Shown here piece by piece: positions 57,919-64,000 of a DNA stretch of 64,000 nt; the stretch's first letter is position 1; each line of letters starts with the position of its first letter. The position numbers and the translations under genes are program-made. This stretch comes from Candidatus Latescibacterota bacterium (GTDB lineage: Bacteria; Latescibacterota; UBA2968; UBA8231). The stretch lies in assembly GCA_965243025.1 (NCBI GenBank), contig CBDETY010000003.1:1024001-1088000 (forward strand). The letters run 5' to 3'. The notes beneath the pieces are model-generated. The model was not told where the DNA came from. It saw nothing but the letters and a program-made list of their open reading frames with translations, and did no database searches.

Positions 57919-58959
57919 TCAGGCCAGCTCCGACAATTTCACCGGCCGGCCCTCCTCCGCCGCCCGGTCCGCGGCGAACACCACCCTGGAGGACTCGAAG
58001 GCGGTTGCCCAGTCGGTCAGCGGCATCGCCTCGTTTTTCCCGATGGCCTCGACGAACGCCTGGAACTGCGGCTGGTACGGGTGGTCGCTGACGTCCCCGG
58101 AATCGATCAGCGAGGTCTCGAGGGTGCTCCAGCGGTCCTTGACCATCCCCTTGAGCTTCTTCGAGTAGATCCGGTTGTCGAGCAGGCTGCCCTCGCTGCC
58201 GACGAGGTGGATGTGGAAGTAGTAGGGCTGCAGGCAGTCGATGCAGGAGGTGACCTTGGCGAGCTTTTCGCCGCCGGCAAACTTCAGGGTGCTGACGCTG
58301 GTGGTGTTGTACTCGTACGGCGCGAAATCCGTCCCCTTGGACATCACCTGGTAGCTCGACACCTCCTCGACGCTGCCGTCCATGAAGAACAGGCAGGCGT
58401 CGAGGGCGTGGCATCCGGCGGTCAGCAGGGAGCTGCCCCCCATCTCCTTTTTGACGTTCCAGCCGTACTGCCCGTACCAGGGCCCGATGCCGTGGTAGTA
58501 GTCGACCTCGCCGTAGTGCAGCTCCCCGAGCAGCCCCTGGTCTATAACGGAGCGGATCAGGGTGAAATGGGCGCTGTACCGGCACTCGAAGCAGACGCAG
58601 ACCTGGACCCCGCTCTCGCCGATCGCCTCGCCCATCGCCACCATGTCCCCGTACGTGAGGGAGATCGGCTTCTCGATGATCAGGTGCTTGCCGGCGCGCG
58701 CCGCGGCGATCGCCTGTTCCGCGTGGAAGGGGTGGGGGGTGCAGATGTCGACGGCGTCGATGCCGCCGTCGGCGAGCATCTCCTCGTACCTGGTATACGC
58801 CTTCAGCGGGGTGCCGAACTGCGCTTCCAGTTCGGCCTCGTCCTGTTCCCTGCGGGAGCAGACCGCGGTGACGTCGGCCCCCTCCACCGACTTGAAGGTT
58901 TCGATGTGGGCGCCGGCAACCCAGCCAAGTCCCACGATGCCGACGTTGAGGTCGCTCAT
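57919..58959 (-). CDS. Gfo/Idh/MocA oxidoreductase
   Basis: [29 protein letters not shown]. Confidence 0.9.
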   Translation of the reverse strand: MSDLNVGIVGLGWVAGAHIETFKSVEGADVTAVCSRREQDEAELEAQFGTPLKAYTRYEEMLADGGIDAVDICTPHPFHAEQAIAAARAGKHLIIEKPISLTYGDMVAMGEAIGESGVQVCVCFECRYSAHFTLIRSVIDQGLLGELHYGEVDYYHGIGPWYGQYGWNVKKEMGGSSLLTAGCHALDACLFFMDGSVEEVSSYQVMSKGTDFAPYEYNTTSVSTLKFAGGEKLAKVTSCIDCLQPYYFHIHLVGSEGSLLDNRIYSKKLKGMVKDRWSTLETSLIDSGDVSDHPYQPQFQAFVEAIGKNEAMPLTDWATAFESSRVVFAADRAAEEGRPVKLSELA

Positions 58960-59102
58960 GACTCTCTCCTCGTCCGTTGCGATGCCTGCCAGCCGCCCGG
59001 GGCGGCGGCCCCGGGGGCCGAACCGCCGGGCTTGCAATCAGGTCCGGTGTTGCGGAAAATCGACGGCGGCCGGGAGGCGGTCGCCGGGGCAAAAGGGTAA
59101 CC

Positions 59103-59903
59103 ATGCAGCTCAGCGAACAACAGCTCAACCACTTCGAGACCTTCGGATTCCTGGTTTTCCCGCAGCTGCTCTCCCCCGCGGAGATGGAGCGCTACAGCGA
59201 GGAGTTCGACGCGGGGATGGCCGCCTGGCTGGAAGGGGAGGAGTTCGACGGCCGGCAGCGCCACTACGCCACCCTGATGGAGGAGGCGAGCCCCTTCATC
59301 GCCGGCCTCGCCGACGATCCCCGCTTCGGCGACGCCTCCGAGCAGCTGTTCGGCCGCGAGGGGATCGCCATAGCCGTCGACGGCAGCTACATGGTGGGGG
59401 ACACCCGCTGGCATCCCGACACCGCCTCCCTCGACTACAGGGGGATCAAGTTCTGCATCTACCCCGACCGGCTCGGGCGCGGCACCGGAGCCCTGCGCGT
59501 CATCCCCGGCTCGCACCGGGAGCCCCTGCACGGAATGATCGCGCAAGACCCCGGGGAGGCGTACGGAATCCCCCCGGAGCAGTTGCCCGCCCACGTCTTC
59601 GAGTCGGAGCCGGGGGACGTGCTCGCCTTCGACGTCGGCGCCTGGCACGCCTCGTTCGGCGGCGCCGCGGGGCGGCGCCAGGGGGTCATCGTCTACTACG
59701 AGGATCCGGAGACCCCGACGGCGACCGAGGCGGTGGTCGCCCAGATGCGGGGGAACCACCAGATCTTCGCCGGCAGGAAGCGCCGCATGTACGGGGATCA
59801 CTGGCGTTCCCTTCCAGGCAAGCGGCGCCAGCGCTGGCTCCGCCGCCTCGACGACCTCGGGGTGCTCGACACTCCAACCGAAACCGACCGAGAAATTCCA
59901 TGA
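59103..59903 (+). CDS. PhyH-family dioxygenase
   Basis: FETFGFL, WHPD, GALRVIPGSH, WHAS. Confidence 0.88.
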   Translation: MQLSEQQLNHFETFGFLVFPQLLSPAEMERYSEEFDAGMAAWLEGEEFDGRQRHYATLMEEASPFIAGLADDPRFGDASEQLFGREGIAIAVDGSYMVGDTRWHPDTASLDYRGIKFCIYPDRLGRGTGALRVIPGSHREPLHGMIAQDPGEAYGIPPEQLPAHVFESEPGDVLAFDVGAWHASFGGAAGRRQGVIVYYEDPETPTATEAVVAQMRGNHQIFAGRKRRMYGDHWRSLPGKRRQRWLRRLDDLGVLDTPTETDREIP

Positions 59904-60934
59904 GCGACAGCGTGCGCATCGCCATCACAAGGGACCTGTTCGACGAAGAGGGAAACCTCGTCATACCCGGGGAGGGGCTGGGTCTCTTCGACCGAATGCC
60001 CGGGGTCGAGTACGAGATACTCGCCGAGATCCTGCCGGAGATCGCCCCCGAGCAGGTCGCCCACTGCGACATGGTCATCACAGCGGGAATCCCGTGGACG
60101 ACCCGCTCCGTCGCCGACAGCGGGCGCCTGGTGGCCGTGCTCTTCATGGGGGTCGGGTACGATCACATCGACGTCGCCGCCCTGACCGGGGCCGGGGTGA
60201 TGCTCTGCACCGCTCCCGACGCGGTGCGCCGGCCGATGGCGGTGACCAACATGACCCACATCCTCGCCCTGGCGACGAAGCTGATCAACAAGGACCGGGT
60301 CACCCGCGAGGGGCGCTGGGCGGAGCGCACCAATTACAAGGGGGAAGGGCTGACCGGGAAGACCCTGGGAGTGATCGGGGTCGGCAACATCGGGCGCGAG
60401 CTGCTGGTGCTGGCGCAGCCGTTCGCCATGAGGCTGCTGGCCTGCGATCCGTACGCGACCCCGGAGGCGCTCGCCGGCCTCGGGGTGGAGCTGGTCGACC
60501 GCGGCCGCCTGCTGGCCGAGTCGGACTTCGTCTGCGTCTGCGTGCCACTGAACGACGAGACGCGGCACATGATCGGCGCCGAAGAGCTGCGGCTCATGAA
60601 GCCGTCCGCCTACCTCGTCAACACCTCGCGGGGCTCCGTCGTCGACGAGTCGGCCCTGATCGAGGCGCTGCGGCAGGGGACGATCCGGGGCGCCGGCCTC
60701 GACGTCTTCGAGCAGGAGCCCGTCGACCCCGACAACCCGCTGCTGCGCATGGAGAACGTCGTCGTCTCCCCGCACTCGCTGTGCCACACCGACGAGTACT
60801 ACACCACCGCCTGGAGCGGCAAGCTCGAGCAGGCGCGGGAGATCATGGCGGGGAAGATCCCGGAGGCCCTGGTCAACAGGGAAGTGCTCGACCGCGAGGA
60901 CTTCCGGGCCAAGCTCGCCAGGATCCGGCGCTGA
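59900..60934 (+). CDS. D-isomer-specific 2-hydroxyacid dehydrogenase
   Basis: GVGYDHID, GVGNIG, VNTSRG, GAGLDVFEQEP, SPH. Confidence 0.92.
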   Translation: MSDSVRIAITRDLFDEEGNLVIPGEGLGLFDRMPGVEYEILAEILPEIAPEQVAHCDMVITAGIPWTTRSVADSGRLVAVLFMGVGYDHIDVAALTGAGVMLCTAPDAVRRPMAVTNMTHILALATKLINKDRVTREGRWAERTNYKGEGLTGKTLGVIGVGNIGRELLVLAQPFAMRLLACDPYATPEALAGLGVELVDRGRLLAESDFVCVCVPLNDETRHMIGAEELRLMKPSAYLVNTSRGSVVDESALIEALRQGTIRGAGLDVFEQEPVDPDNPLLRMENVVVSPHSLCHTDEYYTTAWSGKLEQAREIMAGKIPEALVNREVLDREDFRAKLARIRR

Positions 60935-61407
60935 GGGGAAAGGGCTGGCTTGCATGCAGTGGAGCCGGCCTGTCTATTGGATTCGATAGGCGGCGGACGC
61001 GGCCGGTCGCAGGCAGTGGTGCCGGACCGTCCGCCGGTATTCGATTGGGCGGCCGATGCGGCAGGTCGCTGGCAAGCGGTTCTTCGCCGGGTGAGATTCG
61101 CGGCAGCTTCTTCTTCACGGAGATGTTCCGCGGCTTTTGACGGCGTCCCGCCGCCGTGGGGAGGAGGCTGGAGGCGGCGGCATGAGTGCGGCGGATAGGG
61201 AAACCAGGCGTTGCTGTTCAAGGGCGGTGGTCGAGGGTGACCGGCTCTTCCCGGGGGGGATTTGCAGCCAGCCCCTTCTCTGGAGATGGTCCGCTGTTAC
61301 GCGGCGTCCCCGCCGCTGGCGGGGTCGCCGTGGCGAGGAGACTGGAAGCCGCGGCATAAGGGCGGGGCAGAGAGAAACCCGGCCGTGGCCGCACAGGGGG
61401 CCGCCCC

Positions 61408-61605
61408 GCTCCTGCCGCCCGGCGCGGTCCCCTCAGTACCCCAGGCTGCGCAGGTAGTCGCGGTTGCGGCGCAGGCTCTCCTCCGCGGGCCGCCGGCCCC
61501 CCGGCAGAACCACCACCCACCCCGAGAACCCCGCTCCCCCTGGAACGCCGAGGAACCGGCCGCAGCCGCCCAAGGGGCCGTCGTCGAGGTCTGCCGGCTT
61601 CTTCC
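61408..61605 (-). repeat. Diverged tandem duplicate of the 3' end of the adjacent TIM-barrel gene (61620-61817)
   Basis: ~200-bp alignment including stop codon and 3' flank, with substitutions and indels. Confidence 0.88.
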
Positions 61606-61641
61606 ACTTCAGGATCCTCGCTCCTGCAGCCGGCGGTCCCC

Positions 61642-62400
61642 TCAGTACCCCAGGCCGCGCAAGTAGTCGCGGTTACGGCGAATGCTCTCCTCCGCTGGCC
61701 GCCGGCCCCCCGGCAGGACCACCACCCACCCCGAGAACCCCAGCTCCCCCTCGAGCGCGGACAGGAACCTGCCGTAGTCGCACAGGGGGCCGTCGTCGAG
61801 GTCGGCCGGCTCCTTCCCCTTCCTTCCGTGCAGGTGGACGTAGGCGATCCTGCCTGCGAACTCCCGCGCCGCCGCGGCCGGATCGCATCCCCACAGCACG
61901 GCGTGCATGACGTCGAGGCAGAGGCGGCAGGTCTTCAGCCGCGGCATGAACCGCCGCCACTCGCCGGCGCTGTCGACGAAGTGGTTCTCGTGCGGGTGCC
62001 AGGTCACCGCGACCCCGAGCCGGTCCCCGTGTTCGGCGAGGTCCTCGTAGACCGCGGCGATGCCGTCGAGCTCGGTGTCCGGGGAAGGGGAGACCTCCCC
62101 GTGCCCGGGACCCTTGGTCATGAACAGCCCGACCCCGAGGTCGGCGGCGTACTCGATGCGGCGCCTGCAGATCTGGTGCGCCGGGTCCGCGGTGGAGCGC
62201 GTCGCGTTGGGCCCGGTCACCGCGGCGATCTCGATGCCGGCGTCGGCGCACAGGCGCAGCAGGCGCCGCGGCGGGCCGAGCAGATCGAGGGGCTCGCGGG
62301 TCTCCCACCCCTCGTAGCCGCTCGGGGCGAGCAGGGCGAGGTTGCGCTCGAGCTCCTCGTGGGGCCAGGTCAGGCTGCTGCAGGCGAAGCGGAGGGTCAT
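61642..62400 (-). CDS. Sugar phosphate isomerase/epimerase (TIM barrel)
   Basis: GYEGWE, WHPH, LCLDVMH, YVHLH, GFSGW. Confidence 0.82.
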   Translation of the reverse strand: MTLRFACSSLTWPHEELERNLALLAPSGYEGWETREPLDLLGPPRRLLRLCADAGIEIAAVTGPNATRSTADPAHQICRRRIEYAADLGVGLFMTKGPGHGEVSPSPDTELDGIAAVYEDLAEHGDRLGVAVTWHPHENHFVDSAGEWRRFMPRLKTCRLCLDVMHAVLWGCDPAAAAREFAGRIAYVHLHGRKGKEPADLDDGPLCDYGRFLSALEGELGFSGWVVVLPGGRRPAEESIRRNRDYLRGLGY

Positions 62401-62513
62401 CGTTCCCTTTCCGGTTTATGGCGGCGCAGTCGGATGCCCCGGGCGAGTCCGTCGCGGATTCCGCCGCGGCCGGGGAATCGGGGGCCGGCGCCGGAGTTCG
62501 CTTGCAGGCGGCC

Positions 62514-62963
62514 TCAACCGGGCGGCGGCTGGAACAGCTCCATCGGGATGCCGTCCGGGTCCTCGATGTACACCCCCCAGGCCCCCTTGTTGGCGCCGTA
62601 GTCGACTTCGACCGGGGCCGAGCGGACGACCACCCCGCGGGAGCCCAGCTCCTCGCAGGCGGCGTGGATGTCGTCGACGAGGAAGGCGATGTGGGAGCTG
62701 CCCGGGCGGTTGACGGGGGGAACCGCGGGGGCGGCGCGCGGGTGGGCGTACTCGAACAGCTCGAGCACGTGGTCGGATCCGGGAATGCGCAGCTGCGCCG
62801 CCTTCACCACGCAGTCGGGAAAACCGACGATGGCGCGGAAGTAGCTCTCGACGATCTCCCGCTCCCACACCACCTCGCAGCCGAGAAGCCCGCAGTAGAA
62901 CCGCTTGGACCGCGCCAGGTCGGAAACCGTGTACGACGTGTGCGCCGCTCCGGAAACTTTCAC
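62514..62963 (-). CDS. VOC/glyoxalase family protein
   Basis: HTSYTVSDL, LELFEY, HIAF, DPDGI.MEL. Confidence 0.9.
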   Translation of the reverse strand: MKVSGAAHTSYTVSDLARSKRFYCGLLGCEVVWEREIVESYFRAIVGFPDCVVKAAQLRIPGSDHVLELFEYAHPRAAPAVPPVNRPGSSHIAFLVDDIHAACEELGSRGVVVRSAPVEVDYGANKGAWGVYIEDPDGIPMELFQPPPG

Positions 62964-62975
62964 GTCAGTCCTTTC

Positions 62976-63749
62976 TCAGAAGAAGGAGTAGGCGCCCCAG
63001 CCGCCGTCGATCTTCAGGGTCTCGGCGGTGATGAACGAGGCTTCGTCGCTGGCGAGGTAGAGGACGGCGTCGGAGACCTCGCGCTTGGTTCCGAGCCGCC
63101 GCATCGGGGTGCGCCGCTCGTACGCGTCGACCGTGGCGGTGCCCTCGGTCAGCCCTTTTTGGACCATCTCCGTCATCACCACCGCCGGGGCGACGCCGAC
63201 GACGCGCACCCCGCGGTCCGCCCACTCGATCCCGAGGGCTTCGGTCAGGGCGATCAGCCCCGCCTTGGCGGTGCCGTAGGCGACGCGCTGCTCGATCGGG
63301 AAGCAGCCGATGATGGAAGCGACGTTGACGATCACCCCCCGCCCCTGTTGCAGCATGGGGCGGGCCGCCGCCTGGGAGCAGTAGAAGGCCCCGGAGAGCA
63401 TGACGTCGACGCTCTCGCGCCACTGCTCCGGCGGCAGGGTTTCCGCCGGCCCCTTGTGGGCGACCCCGGCGTTGTTGACCCAGACGTCGACACCGCCCCG
63501 CTCGCCGGTCACGGCCTCGACCAGGCCGGCGCTCGAGGCCGGATCGCGCACGTCGAGAGGATGGTAGACGGCCTCGATGCCGTCGCCGCGCAACTGGTCG
63601 GCAACTGCCCGCCCGGCGGCAGCGGCGATTTCGGCGACCACCACGAAGGCCCCGGCCTCGCCGAAGCGGCGGACGATGTCCGAGCCGAGACCGCCGCCTG
63701 CGCCGGTGACCACCACGGTCCTGCCGGAGAAGTCAGGCCCCGCCGTCAT
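62976..63749 (-). CDS. SDR oxidoreductase
   Basis: TGAGGGLG, NNAG, YGTAK, DGG. Confidence 0.92.
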   Translation of the reverse strand: MTAGPDFSGRTVVVTGAGGGLGSDIVRRFGEAGAFVVVAEIAAAAGRAVADQLRGDGIEAVYHPLDVRDPASSAGLVEAVTGERGGVDVWVNNAGVAHKGPAETLPPEQWRESVDVMLSGAFYCSQAAARPMLQQGRGVIVNVASIIGCFPIEQRVAYGTAKAGLIALTEALGIEWADRGVRVVGVAPAVVMTEMVQKGLTEGTATVDAYERRTPMRRLGTKREVSDAVLYLASDEASFITAETLKIDGGWGAYSFF

Positions 63750-64000
63750 CTTCGGGAAAGCCGACGGCATCGAGGTTGCCCCAGGGCACCCAGCCGCCGT
63801 CGACCCGCAGGTTTTCCCCGGTGATGTAGGAGGCGCGGTCCGACACCAGGAAGAGGACGGCGCTGGCGACCTCCTCGACCTCGGCGATCCGCCCGAGGGG
63901 GGTGCGGTGGCGGTAGCGGTCCATGGAGGAGGCGCCAGAGGCCATGATCTTTTCGATCATCTCCGTCCGTGTGACCCCGGGGGAGACGCAGTTGAGGCGG
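63733..64000 (-). CDS. SDR oxidoreductase, C-terminal part (start outside window)
   Basis: NCVSPG, TPLGR, ASYITGENLRVDGG. Confidence 0.88.
   Translation of the reverse strand, partial: RLNCVSPGVTRTEMIEKIMASGASSMDRYRHRTPLGRIAEVEEVASAVLFLVSDRASYITGENLRVDGGWVPWGNLDAVGFPEDDGGA

Noticed and set aside
61408-61817. DGR-like TR/VR pair at the TIM-barrel gene end
   Set aside because: Mismatches are not adenine-specific on either strand, indels are present, and no RT is nearby

Overview
GC-rich bacterial DNA with two parts. (1) Positions 1 to ~14180 are the right-hand part of a decaying mobile element. It carries an IS1595-family transposase, RadC, two SWIB-domain genes (one a frameshifted SWIB-J-domain fusion), a secreted DUF1524-type HNH nuclease, DUF3560, phage-like hypotheticals, a Ku-like fragment, an XRE gene and an intact group II intron (7314-9240). 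The apparently non-coding 9.5-11.3 kb stretch resolves into two degenerate tandem units of [HNH/Excalibur 3' remnant + inverted DUF3102-like remnant]. Each DUF3102-like remnant keeps a DNA palindrome at the same intragenic position, and one intact DUF3102-like gene follows, bracketed by two TAAC-N17-GTTR sites. The element abuts a 5'-truncated WD40-LRR-dockerin-like-FlgD-Ig gene, followed by orphan pieces of the same C-terminal module. (2) About 19-64 kb is mostly intact chromosomal metabolism: GH32, CehA/McbA hydrolase, three PhyH dioxygenases, Gfo/Idh/MocA oxidoreductases, TIM-barrel epimerases, VOC proteins, a sugar ABC transporter, a DAACS symporter, glnA-glnE, ChrA and SDRs. It also holds a DUF2089/DUF4097 operon and three toxin-antitoxin loci, two of them with dead toxins. 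The gene repertoire resembles sponge-associated Latescibacterota/Gemmatimonadota-type symbionts (inference). No tRNA, rRNA or CRISPR array was seen. Family calls come from motif recognition by eye, not from database searches.
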